Origin: Eledone cirrhosa
Taxonomy: Eukaryota
NCBI GenBank assembly: GCA_964016885.1
Contig: OZ024742.1
Coordinates: 87,730,001 to 87,794,000 of the forward strand
Reading direction: 5' to 3'
Length of the DNA: 64,000 nucleotides
Part shown: piece by piece, positions 28,001 to 41,742 of the stretch
Numbering within the stretch: the first letter of the stretch is position 1
Layout: each line of letters starts with the position of its first letter
Notes under the pieces: generated by a model
Database searches by the model: none
Told to the model about the DNA's origin: nothing
The model's input: only the letters and a program-made list of their open reading frames with translations
Made by a program: the position numbers and the translations under genes

Positions 28001-28149
28001 GTTCTCTATCTCTAAAAGATATTACACTCTAATATTCATTGCTATCATACCAAGTGTTTCTTTTATTAGCTTTATTCCTAATGCGTTTGTACCAAAATGT
28101 GCTCCTACACATGGGGATTGTCCAATTTACATCATGTTCCGCAATCTTT

Positions 28150-28630
28150 GCCCATTTGGTCCTGAATCATTTACATACCCCGATCGTATCTCTCTGATTG
28201 TAGCCAGATAACTGCATGGAGTTGATGAAGTGTTGTATGTGTCTCTCTAATTCTGTGTTGTGGCACAGGCGGGACACGTCCTAATCACTCTTACTAACTT
28301 CACAATCAGTATGTTGATTTTTTATATGATCCGAAAGAGCTGAGTTTCGGTGGATCAGATATTTGGAGGTCATGGGTTTGGCATAATTAGAAAGCAAGTT
28401 TCGCATTCTGTTACTAATAGTTTCTAACTAGAGTTCTGTGTCCAGTACGGCAATCTATGGTTGGGCTGTTTAGTTGGGTACATACTATGTTCACTTGTGT
28501 ATGAATATGTACTACAGCTACGAAGATGGCATAAACAACTTAGTAAAAACACCCCCACAGGAGAAAGTCAAGAATTAGAGAAGAACACCATGGAAAGGAT
28601 CCAGCAAATAAATTTAGTATAGACTACCTA
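28150..28630. mobile_element. Old Neptune-type RT fragments in inverted arrangement
   Basis: 28150-28480 (-) and 28510-28630 (+) resemble 12000-12500. Confidence 0.65.
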
Positions 28631-29012
28631 ACTCTCACTAGACCACGAAATTCTCTCCCCCTCTTTATATTCCACTGCATTACTCACTCTCTTTCACTAT
28701 CTTAATTCTCCCTCTCTCACTAAACCAACACATTCTCTCTCCCTCTCTATATCCCAATACAATAAGGTTTACGTTGAAACATCACAAGTTTTGATCTTCT
28801 GTAAAGAAGGACGACAAAGCTCTACATCCCCTCTCCCAAATGTTGAACATTGTGAGGGGGAGTTCTTTTGTTTTTTTAGGTGGTGTGCTTTTCTTGAATT
28901 ATTTGACAGGAGTTTAAAGTATGGTGTGGTGGATGGTGGTGGTTGTGACCAGTGTATATAAGTAACATAAACCGACACATATATATATACATTATACACA
29001 ACAATTCACACG

Positions 29013-29045
<33 letters not shown>

Positions 29046-29199
29046 CCATATATATACATATGATATATATATGTGTGTGTGTGTATATATATATATACAT
29101 ATATCGGTTTCCGTTACTTATATACAATTGTCACAACCACCACATACACACATGCACACACACACACCCACGCACTCTAAACAGTAACTCGTTTTTAAG

Positions 29200-29890
29200 T
29201 CAAGTATACCAAAGCACACGATATTGAACATTCCGTTTAACCTGGAAAAAGTAAAGTGTTTGCAAAATAGTATTGAACCCGTTTAAACTACTGCATACCC
29301 TCAATAGTATACTCATCTAAACAGTGTTTACACTCGGTATAATCACCAACGGAATAGAAAAAGCTAAGCTTATAGATATCCAAGATCTTAAGAAATCAAC
29401 AAAAAATAGAAATGTGTATTTCCATATGTGTCAAACTGTGACCACACAATTATCTAACTCTTTTACCACCACCAACAAATAAAACATTCCTATTATATAT
29501 GACGATAAAAGAATAAAAGAAATTATATAGACACAAAATAAAACGTAAAATACAGGCCAAAACACTAAATCACCATTAAACATGTGTCAAACTTAACGGG
29601 CAGAATCCCACAAACAAATCTCCAACCGATTGTTATAAAACGAGGAAGAGCAAAATGTCATAACTGCATATAATTGAAGGACTGGGTAACACAGGTGAGG
29701 ATTAGGCAAAATAATGACCATACACCACCAACAAATACGTGATAAAAACACGGGACATATCTCCTTAAGCAGTCACATTGCAGCATTAAACATAACTAGC
29801 TCTAACATGTTTCCTCTTTAAAAATGCCCAGGTGTTTTCACTCAACAACAGCGAACATTTTATTTAAAATATAAACTACAATTAAATACG
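29200..29890 (+). mobile_element. Heavily decayed PLE (RT thumb + GIY-YIG) of a third type
   Basis: Relic motifs KHTILNIPFNL, NGIEKAKLIDIQDL, KCHNC and TIHHQQIRDKNTGHISLSSHI. Confidence 0.55.
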
Positions 29891-30803
29891 TAATATTTCC
29901 TCACTAAACAATAAATAATGCAATATATATTGGAATGACCAACTTAGACACGGTTGTAAGCCAATCTAAACAATTCCATCAACACACACACATACCGAAT
30001 ACCACAAAATGAAAATAAATGTCATAAGTAAAAAGAAAATCTACTAGAAAATTTTACTTTCCAATTGTTTTATTTCATTCTCTCTTTTTTATTTTATTTT
30101 TCTCATTTTCTTTTTCATTTTTTCTTCTACATAATGAGAAACCCATCGTTTTTATACCCCACTCAAGGGTGTTTTTGAACCATCATTATCATTTTATTTG
30201 TATTCATATTATAATTTTTACTTCCCCTATTCCTGCGTTTAACTGCAAACCCTTAAAGCAATTTTGATCAATTGACCTCATGAATACACAGAAAATGACA
30301 CACAACCACACAGCCACACACACACACACATAATACAAACACACACACACACACACAACAGCAACAACAACACAAAAGAAAAATAGCTATATCCACTCGT
30401 AGCTTTTAGCAACTTTTAAAACCGGAAAATAACTGGGCCTTTTGATACAAAATGTGATGCAACGCACCTAAATGCCCACACACTTATAAAATATGCCCCC
30501 TAAACCATAAGTATGGACAGTTAAAGTCTAACCAAGTGAATCATGACCTATTGAGCTCCACTTACACTTTCGTCACACAACCTTCATGAAAAATATATAT
30601 ATAATATAACACAAATGTTTCACAGAAACATCACATATTTTATATCTACTAAGAGTATGTGAAACCAAGCATTTCTTTTGTAAATATATGTAAACATTGA
30701 TATACGAATCGACACCGATAATATATGACAAAAAATAAATCCACTGAATGTATTAATTATGCTTTATTTATTCTGCCGGTTTGAAGAAAAAAAAAATATA
30801 TTT

Positions 30804-30890
<87 letters not shown>

Positions 30891-30924
30891 TATATAATGC
30901 ATAATAAACAATACAATATAATTA

Positions 30925-30992
30925 CCTCTTTACCAGAGGTTTCCCGAATAAGACGCATACAAAAAACGTCCTTATTCGTTCGTCAGACTAGG
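30925..30992 (-). ncRNA. Hammerhead ribozyme motif with an intact core and eroded stem I
   Basis: Minus strand reads CCTAGT-CTGACGA-ACGAATAAGGACG...CGTCTTATTCGG-GAAA-CCTCTGG-TA-AAGAGG. It lies in a ~375-bp segment between two (TA)n tracts. Confidence 0.65.
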
Positions 30993-31267
30993 CAATTTTA
31001 AACATAGTGAAATATTTGAAAAAATTTCCTCAAGAAAGTTTAACGAGCAAAAGAAAATATATAAATAAAAGTAATGCAAAAGATATATAAAATATATAAG
31101 GAAATATAGTAAGAATATGTGTATAAATATGTGTATATGCCGCTACAAATGTACATATGAGCAAGACGTTATCTGTGTTTCATCACATACATATTAATTT
31201 ATACACTGCTCAGGGGATATTTTTCCTCATTCGAGCTGATTCCATTGTAAAAGAATTCATTATCTTA

Positions 31268-31315
<48 letters not shown>

Positions 31316-31319
<4 letters not shown>

Positions 31320-33675
31320 TCCATTGACAAAAATAATACATATACAATATAGACACAAACACATATATATAGTTGATCAAAGTTCTTTCGTTGCACATCT
31401 GCATCATCGTCAGTGGTGCTATTGTTTCCAATCGTTGCATTGTATTTTCTACGCCATCTTTATTTGGTCTGTTTATATATTTATTTATTTGTTTATTTTA
31501 TTTTGTCTTCTTTGCCTGTGTGTATAGTGTTTTGTCTGATGTGTGTTCGTGATTGGGTGACTGTCTATTGGTTAATGTATTCTATCTTTACTAGTGTGTG
31601 TTTATGTGTTTGTTGTTATTGTGCTTGTGTATGTATTTATTTATTTATTTATCCATTTATTTATTTATACCTCTCTTAGATCAGTGTTGTTTGTTTGGGT
31701 GTTGTTATTATTCCATTCATTTTTTTTTGTTTAGCCTTGGCCTTCTAAGTTCGATTTCACTGGCCTCTCTGATTTGGCTATCTGCTGGGTCATTTCTATG
31801 TTTAGATATTATTCTAATATCCATGTTGTCTATGTTACCGTCGTGTTGTTGTCTGGCATGTTCGTATAGTACTGAACCGTTTTTTCGTCGTTTTAGTTCC
31901 CCCAGAGTTGGTCTATCCTTTCACCAATGCTACGAGCTGTCTAGCCTATGTATGTTGTTGTTATGTTTCTGCAAGTACCCTCTGTACATATTATGCTATA
32001 GACTACGTTTCTAGTTTTACAGTTTATCCGGTGGTTTACCTTACATATGATACATTTCCTATTAGTACTATGGGTTTTCTTAAAAGGGTAGGTTTTGCTG
32101 ATCAGGGATTTTATGGTGGTTCTTGGCTTTTCTACCACCTTAATCTTTAAGTGGGTATTTCGCAGGGCCTTTCTACACTGGTTAGCTAATTTCCCTCCAG
32201 GGGTAGCGTCCACAGACATGACACTCTGGTATCTCTGGTTGTCGTACCATGAGGTGGTTTTCCCTATATTATGTCTAGCCCTATCTAAGCTATTCTTTGA
32301 TTTGCTCCTGTATAATGGGCAAATTCCTTTCATGTCCAGTTCTATGAGGGTCTTATACTTCTCCATGGCTCCTTCATATACTCTGACTCTGTCTCTTTGG
32401 TTGTAGCCAGAAAACTGCATGCGGTTGATTAAGTGTTGGTTGTGTCTTTCCATTTTTGTTGGGTCGCACATGCGGGACACATTCTTCATCACTCGTACCA
32501 AATCTGTGATCAGAATATTAAACTTAGCACTACTGGACATTGTTGAGTTTTTGAGTATCAGGTATTTAGGGGCCATGGGTTTAGCATTGTGAGTGGAGAA
32601 TTTGGGCTCTCTCGTCTATAGTGTTAATCCATAGTTCCGTGTCTAATACAGGTAGTCTATTGTTAGGGTGTTTGGACGGGTAGTCGATAGTTACAGTTAT
32701 ACTCTGGTGTATGGAATTGGCTATCTGCTGGATGCTTTCCATTGTGCTACGTTCTAAATCGAACTTGTTAGTGCTCTTTAGTGGGAATGTTCTTATAACT
32801 ATATTGATATCGTCTACGTAACCATAGTACATGATGAGGTATATGGAGCTCTCGTTAAGGAGATGTTTGAGTCCCCTTTCCCACCATACCATAAAAAGGT
32901 TGGCAACATCACCTGCTATGCTGACGCCAATGGCTGCTCCCTCATTTTGGGTGTAGATCTTCTCGTTGAACTTGAATATGTGGCCCTTTAGTGTAGTTTT
33001 GATACTAGTCTCTATTGCATGTGCGTCCATTTTTCTTACCTGATCATTGTTTTGGGGGGTCCGTATAGCTTTGATCCACCCAATCCACCTTCCCCTGGGA
33101 GTCCTTTTAGCCATTGAGGTTATGGGTCTACTGGGACAGAAACGTCTATGGTCATGGCTGTCTAGGTAGTCAGTGTCGTAGGTAAGTCTAATTAGGAGGC
33201 CCAGTTCGTCTGTGTCGACGTCGCAGAACTTCACCTCACTCTCAATGATCACTCCACACATTTTTCCACAGCAAAATCAATGTTAATGGATGGGTACAGT
33301 GATACCACATCCATGCTGCCTGTTTTTGTTTCACTCACTGATTCTGCTGTGGAGGTCCTCTCTACTGTCACATACATCTGGGGACATCTTGATTATGGGG
33401 CGTATAGCCATTGAGAGGAAGTAGGAGATGCTGTAGTTGCTAGCTATATTTGCTCCGCATACGGGTCTTGTTGGTGGACCTGTTGTCGGGCCGTCGACCG
33501 TCTTGTGGTCTTTGCGGAGCCCATACAAGGATGGTATGCCATTGTTAGACGCCTGGAAATTATTGGCAGTGCGTCTGCTTGGCTTTAGGATGTCGGTCCA
33601 CATCATCATGTGAATGTCGAGGATGTTCTATCTCCCATCATGTGTTTGCTGTGCAATTTCGCTCGTGTTAGTTCG
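31316..33675 (-). mobile_element. 5'-truncated Neptune-type PLE, subfamily B
   Basis: ORFs 33331-33609, 32581-33261 (YGYVDD) and 31941-32576 (GIY-YIG). The 3' end abuts (TA)n at 31272-31316. Confidence 0.92.
31376..31417 (-). ncRNA. Hammerhead ribozyme (subfamily B pLTR)
   Basis: Minus strand reads ACCA-CTGACGA-TGATGC AGATGT GCAAC-GAAA-GAAC-TT-TGAT. Confidence 0.7.
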
Positions 33676-34793
33676 CCTCTAGGGGTTGTATTGATGAACA
33701 TGAGCAAATTTTGGAATAGAATAGAAAGAACTAGGAACAAGGCCAATAGAATAAACTCATGGTATGATAACAATAAATACCAGAGTGTAATGTTCATTAA
33801 TACAACCCCTAGAGGCGAACTAGCCTACAAATTTAGAAGGGCCCTAAATAAACATAAACTCAATATTAAGATAGTAGAAAGACCAGGTACCTCCGTAAAA
33901 ACACTTATTATCAAGACATACCCGTTCCAATGACCCTCATGCATAGACAAGAAATGTATAACCTGCAAAATAAGCCCCCATATTAACTGTAAAACTAGAA
34001 ATGTAGTGTATAGCATAAGATGTACTGAAGGACAATGTAGAAACAAAAATATAGTGTACATAGGTGAGACAGCTCGTAGTATAGGGGAACGGATAAATGA
34101 ACACTGGCGAGACCTTCAAGATAATAAAGAATCATCTGTACTCTACCAACATGCTAAGATAGAACACAAGGGTAAATTAGAGAACATAGAAATAAAAATA
34201 GAATCCACACACAGAAAAGATGCAATGTTTAGGTAAATTACAGAGGCAGTAAGCATAAAAGAATTACAACCAAAATTAAATAAAAAATCTGAGTGGAACA
34301 GCAACATCACAACTTACAATTAAGGACAAAATGAAAACACACACACACATAGAACAAACAACCAACCAACAACATGTAAATAAATAAACAAATAGATAAA
34401 TGAACACAAACACACACAGACACCCGGATGTGGCGCATGCGCAAACTGAGCACACAACACACACACAGAAACAAAATGGCGTAGGACAGAAGAAAAGAAA
34501 GGCACAGAAACAAAGTAAGGAATCCCCAGTCACTGATGAGGTCACAGAGTGTGTGACGAAAGGACTATGACTATATATAAACAACTATCTGGTTGTGGAA
34601 CCAACCAACCAACCAGAAACTTATAAGTTTGTAGATTTGTAAATTTATAAATTTATAAATATATAATAAATTGAAGTGAAACAACTGGTGCGTGTGTTTC
34701 TTATTGGCAACATGACCCTCCCAAAGTATAACAATATCGGTTTCAACACACGAATTCAGATAAAGAATCTTGCTAAACAAATTCAGAAACGAA

Positions 34794-34797
<4 letters not shown>
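33676..34797 (+). mobile_element. 5'-truncated Neptune-type PLE, subfamily A (short inverted 5' piece + GIY-YIG + pLTR)
   Basis: High similarity to 12500-13560, YIGETARS motif, and an end in (TA)n at 34797-34835. Confidence 0.92.
34529..34571 (+). ncRNA. Hammerhead ribozyme (subfamily A pLTR)
   Basis: GTCA-CTGATGA-G GTCACA GAGTG TGTGAC-GAAA-GGAC-TA-TGAC. Confidence 0.85.
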
Positions 34798-34839
<42 letters not shown>

Positions 34840-35089
34840 GTTAGCCTCATCGATTCCGACTACAGATTCACTTTCACGACTAAGTAGAGGAACATGTTTC
34901 ATCGCGCGAATTGTTTAGATAGCGCAAATGTTGTTTAATCATAAGAATCCAGTTTTAAGCAATGACATCCAAGGAAACCTAATATAATGAAGATCACCTC
35001 AACAATAATGCATTCAAATATTTGTTGGTTCGAGTGTCAATATGGAATCGGGAAGAAATATCGTGGGCTAAATATAAATCGTATCTAAC

Positions 35090-35185
35090 TAGTCCTATAT
35101 TTGGCACAAGGCCAGCAATTTAAAGGGGATATAAAAGTCAATTAATTCGACCCCCAGTTTGTTATCTGTGATTTATATTATCGAA
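35090..35185 (-). mobile_element. 3' part of a tRNA-derived SINE
   Basis: GGCACAAGGCCAGCAATT is the reverse complement of the tail of the SINE at 53720-53900. Confidence 0.55.
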
Positions 35186-37825
35186 ACTTTGTTGATGACA
35201 TTTATTTTGAAATTTACAATCACTTTTTTTAACTTGTTTCTTCTTTTATTATATTAAGGTTATTTTGTCGTTCTAAATATCTTTGGATCTCAGTCACAAT
35301 GATTAAATTAAACTACGTGTAAATATATGAAAATATACGAGTTCATAATAAAATAGCTTTCGTTTTATTTCATAGGAAATATCACGCGCTTAGAAAAATA
35401 TTCCGAAAAATAAACTTAATACAAAGCTACTAATTGCTAACTGAATTGTTAGCGGAAACATCACAAACGTATTGCGGATGAATGCAGAATACATTAAATA
35501 TGAGTGATATTTTTAGTGATATCGATGATTATTAAAGAGATATTGATGATATGTAATGAAACCCATTGCAGCAATCGTTTCATATTCAGAAAAGAATATA
35601 GACATTATGGTTGCCAACTTACTAAAATTTCTCTTCATTTCAGGAAATTATCTAAATCGGGAGGAAATAAAAATACAATACAACTATGTTCCTAGAAATG
35701 TTACGGAAGTGGTATATAAGAATTTGTAATAGACAAATCGTTCACTGTACCACGTTTATTTGTCATTCTTACAATATGATTTTAAGTAATAAATAACTAC
35801 GTGATATTACTACGAGATAGAGGAAATATTACGTGACATTTCTCGTAAACATCTATAAAATATATCTCCATTGGGGAGTATCAAATATTCATTACAATGG
35901 TTTATTGTTTAGGAAAGGTATTTAATTTTTATATTCTCTGGAAATAAAATCTCTGAAAATGTATCATATCCGTAGTTTATTTAAATATCAAATATGTGAC
36001 GTTCCATTGTGTATTTCGTGTATGAGTCTGTGCGTATGCGTGTGTGGTATATGGGCCTGATTGTGTGGCATGTTTGCATGTGTGTATGTTTAAACTGGGG
36101 TGGTATTATGCTGAAAATACTAAATACTCTATTATCTCAAACTTCTTGTTCGTGTGTGAAGATCTAACTTTTCACCAACGAGGAATCACCGTTCTACATA
36201 GGGTTGTATGGAAGATTTCAACCTCATGACTTTGATATTTGCATATTTGATATCGACACCGTCTATTCTAAGTCATCTCTCCTATCACTTTTCATATTTG
36301 ATTTATTGATTATTTCGAGTGTCTGTTCTCGCAATTTGGAAAACATTGTTCAGGAAACATTAAAAAGGAAGTAGTACGGGTTTTATGTAGCCATACATAA
36401 CATTTTCTTTAACTTTACTCTTAATTATGTTTCCAAGGAAGAAAAACATTAATAGAAAACACTTGCAATGTTATCATGAATTCTTAGCCGATAATTTATC
36501 AAAGAAATATATTATTCTTGCCAGTACATTTATATAATAGTTGGGTAAAACTGATAGATAAAACCAATAGAAAATTACACACTTTCCGTCTATAGATATT
36601 ACGTCGATTTTCAGTATGATTATTTTCGGGAAAATGGTTGTTTTCTCTGAGATTATGAATACATGTTATGGACTACATATTAACCAGCATTAGACAGCAG
36701 AATATTTTATTACTATAACTAGATAAATATCACTTCTATAACCCTTATCTTGTGTTCGTATAGATAAAAGTCACGTACATCTATAAACTTACATGTATAC
36801 TTTCAATGCTTTGCAACATGTCTTTTACGGATATTCTCATATTATTATCTCTATGATTATTTCAAAACTGTGTAGCACACAAATGTTTTCTTGAAGCAAG
36901 AAATACTTAAGTAAAATTGTATCAAATAATGAAATTTCAGTTCATATGTATTGTATTAAAAAAACTCGTTTCACCAACGTAAATCGTGCTGTGAGTGTAG
37001 ACTTGTCATAATTGACGGCGGTGATAATTATGTAATTGATTATATTAAATGGATGGAAACTGATACAATTCTAACCTTGTTTATATACATTCCAATAATA
37101 TTGCTATATATAACATGATAATCAAATCACATGCTAAATGCCTAAAATTGTGAGACAAACATTTTGATAATTTTACAGACATGTTATATCTTAAGTAAGC
37201 AGGAATTCCATATCTCTATCATATGTATGCACTATTTCAAAAATTACTAATGACAAATATGCATTGCATATTATGATACAAAAAATAAAATTAGAAATAT
37301 GCATAGATTTATTTTTAAAATTGTAAAGAAAAATATTTGTCTAAGAAAACATTTTCACTTTTTATAGGTATCTGTATGTAATTCTCAATTATTAACTCTG
37401 AAAATTTATACGTGGCATATATATTAACTCAATCGTGATAAATCAAATTAATTTTTTTTATTTATTTCAAACTTAAATTTCCTTGCAAAGAATGCACTAA
37501 ACATTATTATTAATCTCATAACGTACAGCAGTTAATGAAAATTGGATATATTATGCATATATATTGTATAAAACTTACAATACATTCAACGTAAAACGTC
37601 CATATTAAAACGGATCAGCGTCTTCTATCGAACCAACTCAAATAAACCAAAGTTACTATAGATACAGCAAAAACAAAGGGAAATAACTGATGATCATTTT
37701 TCAGCGTTTAGCGGTTATGAAGGTTATAAACACTTCTGCATTGTTGTGAGCTGTAGAAGCTGGATTCTAATTGAATACAAATTATGTTTATGAGCTGTTT
37801 AAACTCGTCAACGTACAAAGCGCTT

Positions 37826-37864
37826 GCCTTGATAATTGCTAAACAGCGAGAAACGATCGTCGGT
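37826..37864 (+). ncRNA. Orphan minimal type I hammerhead ribozyme, C3U/G8A variant
   Basis: GCC-TTGATAA-TTGCT AAAC AGCGA-GAAA-CGATCG-TC-GGT. Confidence 0.85.
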
Positions 37865-37992
37865 TATTTTCCTTTTTTGCTGAAACTAGGTACATGACCA
37901 TAGTCACTACATTATATTTACACCGAAATTCGTTCGAAATATTTTAAATAAACATGCAGTATATTATTAAATATGCAATTCGTACATTTATA

Positions 37993-38053
<61 letters not shown>

Positions 38054-38071
38054 ATACATACAAATAATATA

Positions 38072-38106
<35 letters not shown>

Positions 38107-38999
38107 CGTATATAAATATAAATTTAGCGAGAATCGCATTTCGGCCGGTAGAAATTAGCGAAACGCAACTTCTATATTGTGCAGACAATCGCTCCATGCA
38201 TATGAAGAGGATAAGTTTAAGTTAAAATGGTCATACACGCTGAGTCGATGGTTAAGAAGCCATAGCCACCATAGCCAAAAAGGCGAACATTCTAAACGAG
38301 TCAAACAAAATGAGATATGATTGAAATAGTTACCCGGACCCTCAGGGAAGATGGAATATTCCAAAATTGTGTTTCTGCAACACTTAAATCAATAATACTG
38401 TCTGCTTATAAAAATAAGCTTTTGGTATAATGATCTAACAAGGCATCGCTTTCTCAACATGATTTTGTTCTTGTTGCGCCGGAATCTCGCATGTTGTGAA
38501 AGCACATGTGAAATTCTAAGGGGATAAAACCCCTACATTGGCCAGTGAATTCAGCATGTGTAGTCATTGCAAATAATTGCAAACACCACACAAATCGAAT
38601 AAGCTCTCTACCGAGTTGTTTTTAAAATAAACTTAAGCGATCAATCGGTCAATATAATTAACTAAAAGCCAAAAAAATAACTGGTTAATCGCTTGACTTG
38701 TGAGATTAATACAAATATAAATTTAGCGAGACAGCCCTTACCAGTGTCCCTCACACCAGACTTAGGATCAACTCACCTACCAAACTCGTCACTATTTTGA
38801 GAAATTCATGTATACATAAATATTATCTATTCCCATTTGATTTTATGATAGAGGCGGGGATCTAAACTAGGTCGATTTAGTTTCAATTTTCTTTTATCAT
38901 CTTCTTTTAAGTAGATGGATTCATTTTTTATTATTTATCACAAACTTAGTTTGAAAAGCCTGAAACACCGGTGAATACATTCACTAGTCTAGTTTTTCA

Positions 39000-39690
39000 G
39001 ACAGGAAGGATCAGGGTGTACAAAGGAGCCATGGCTAAATTCAAAGCCATTATAGAGTATGATATGAATGACAATCGCCCCCTACAGAGGAGCAAATCAT
39101 CAAATAAAATCAAGTTGACGAAGAATATAATCTATAGGATAATATGTACAGAGGTACAATGCATAAACATGACAAAATATAAGAGACATCCCATAGTATA
39201 GGAGAGAAACTAAAGGAACACTGACGAGGAATTAAGGAAGTGTAAATCTCACCAGTGCTATATCAATATACGAAGGCTTAATACATTGCTTCGAAAGAAA
39301 GATCATATACACACATAGCACTGATGAACCACTCAGACAAATTTTGGAGGCCACTCACATTAGAGAAGATGAAAGATAAACAGAAAACATGAATGAAATA
39401 GTAACAGCCAACAACATACTGAGTGAAGACAGATAAAAAACAGCAAAACAGCAAACGATACAAATCCAAACACACATTAAATACACGTCGAAATGACAAA
39501 CAGAAAAAAAATATACACACACACACAAAACCGCAGGGGCAAACGCATGCACAGACACAAAAAAAAACGAAAAAACGCACCTCAGACAAAGAGAAGATAG
39601 ATTGAAACTATAAGATCAAGAACAATAGAAAGCACAAAACACATAATTGATAATGTCAAAGAATGTGACGAAATAATTTTGATAAACAAA
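39000..39690 (+). mobile_element. Old decayed Neptune-type 3' fragment with a terminal HHR-like motif (39643-39683)
   Basis: IRVYKGAMAKFK...NIIYRIICTEVQC, then ATAA-TTGATAA-T GTCA AAGAATG TGAC-GAAA-TAAT-TT-TGAT at the position of the subfamily A HHR. Confidence 0.65.
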
Positions 39691-40016
39691 TGAATAACGA
39701 GCCATAAGGATCAAGTGAAAAGTATATGGTGGGTGTATCGGCCATAGCTTTTCCCTTGTGCAATATCAGTGACGTGGATCGAGGAGAATAGCATGCATGG
39801 GCGACAACTGGCTTTCCACACACGCCATGTCCAGGCTTATGTCTCAGTAAGGAACATTCTATGTACAAAATCATGGTATTCCATACACGCATACAAATAG
39901 ATGCACGCACACACACATACAACACACATGCAACATATACACACACGGACATGTATATGTATGTATGTATATATATATATATATATATAAATATATGTAT
40001 ATACAGAGGAAGAGAA

Positions 40017-40049
<33 letters not shown>

Positions 40050-40318
40050 GAGAGAGAGAGAGAGATAGGGAGAGAGAGAGAGTGGGAGGACTATAGAAAG
40101 AGTATAGTAGTGATCAGGTTTAGTTATGGCAAATCGAAGACTATATCAACATGAATAATTTCTTAATTCAAGAGGTGAACATTTTTATCAAGTGTTTCCA
40201 TGCTGGTTAGGTTAACAGTTGGTACAATGAAGATAATTCAAGGAGAGTTTATCTACAATATATTAAGTAACATGAATATTTCAACGTCGCAGTTAGGAGA
40301 TTAACATGCATTATGCAA

Positions 40319-40406
40319 TTGACACGTGTTTCGTTATCACACAACTGAACAAGATCTAGAAACTTTAGTCCGACTAGATGTATCGGAAAATTCACTTCCT
40401 ACAATT
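40319..40406 (+). pseudogene. Leucine-rich-repeat gene relic
   Basis: LTRVSLSHN* followed (after a frameshift) by LETLVRLDVSENSLPTI, matching LxxLxxLDxSxNxLxxI. Confidence 0.5.
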
Positions 40407-40571
40407 TCGTATCATTAACTGATGCAACTCGTCGGAAAAAAGGGAATGTTATAATTAACGCAAAGTAATAATGATTTTGACATAAATACATACATAAATA
40501 AATACATACATGCATACATACATACACATATACATACATACATACATACATACATACATACATACATACAT

Positions 40572-40960
40572 ACGTATGCTGTGCCAATTATAACGCCAAC
40601 ATTTGGCCTGCTGAACTGGTCATTGCAAGAACTAACTGAGATTGATGTTAGAACTCGAAAACTTCTCAGTGTTACTGGGAACTTTAACATCAATGGTGAT
40701 GTGGATAGGCTATACTTCTCACGCAAGGAAGGTGGCCGGGGTCTAAAATCAATATTAACAAAATATGAGACCCGGATAATAACACTGAAGCAACACCTTC
40801 AACACAGGAAAAAGGTTGGCAACCATCTTGCCCAGGTTTATGAGCATGAAAAAAAAAATCATTAGAATAGCGACTGATCTGGTGGAGTGATATGGAATAA
40901 GCCTGATATAAATCTCTCACCCAGAGAAATCCTATTCAATGTTCAAACAAGATACAAGGA
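40572..40960 (+). mobile_element. R4/Dong-like non-LTR retrotransposon RT C-terminal fragment adjacent to (TACA)n
   Basis: YAVPIITPTFGLLNWSLQELTEIDVRTRKLL...DRLYFSRKEGGRGLKSI. Confidence 0.75.
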
Positions 40961-41057
40961 GCAAATATTTGTATAACTGATATAAAGCACTCAACAAATT
41001 ATTGGAGTAAAAATACGATATATTAACAAATGGAAACTATATTTATAAAACCATATA

Positions 41058-41122
41058 TATTTCATTATACATATTTCAAGGACATCAAGTTAAATTTTGG
41101 CGTGCTTTCATCAGAAAAAATA
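41058..41122 (-). ncRNA. Hammerhead ribozyme (family D) in a pLTR remnant at 40965-41190
   Basis: Minus strand reads TATTTTTT-CTGATGA-AAG...CTT-GAAA-TATGTA-TA-ATGAAATA. Confidence 0.75.
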
Positions 41123-41703
41123 TAATATAGATCGGTTTTATAAATAAATATTGACATACCCTGAAAGAATGCGACCATTTCTGTTGGAAGCTCCCTGATA
41201 GTAGGGTTATAAATTTATTTATACTATTATGCAAATTAGTGTAGGATATTTTTAAATCACAGTAGATTTAAAATAAGCCGTTGGGGTATGAGAGAGGGAA
41301 AGAGAAAAAAGAAAAAAAGCAAAAAAGCAGCCTTAAGAGGAAAATAAGAAAACGAGAAAAGGAGAAAGAGAGAAAGAGAAGAAAAAAGAAAAGGGAAAAG
41401 AGAAAGCGAAAGAGAAAGCATAACTTTTAAGATGAAGTGAAAAAATAAATATTTTTGGATGAGTAAAGTAAATAAGTAAATAAGCGTGAATGGAAAATAC
41501 TCGTGAATGGAAAATTAATTTTAACCAGTGTTTAAATATGATTAAATGTTTAGTTTATCAATTAAATTATCAATCAAATTATTGAGATCTATAGATTTAA
41601 AGTTGAGATCTATATATTATTAAAAATGGATATGTTATTAAAACCCATATATTATTAAAAGAATATATTCATATATATATACGTACGCACACATACATAC
41701 ACA

Positions 41704-41742
<39 letters not shown>

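Noticed and set aside
33925-33960. In-frame TGA near the Cys-rich PLE linker (selenocysteine recoding is reported for some PLEs)
   Set aside because: The TGA aligns to Arg (AGA) in sister copies, not Cys, so it is a simple nonsense mutation.
36100-36900. Possible GRL101/LGR-like receptor relic (DICIFDID motif); similar coding-like stretch at 57300-57850
   Set aside because: Only isolated short motifs with many stops; cannot be supported without a search.
37683-37728. CTGATGA with a TCAT/ATGA stem
   Set aside because: Lacks GAAA and stem III.
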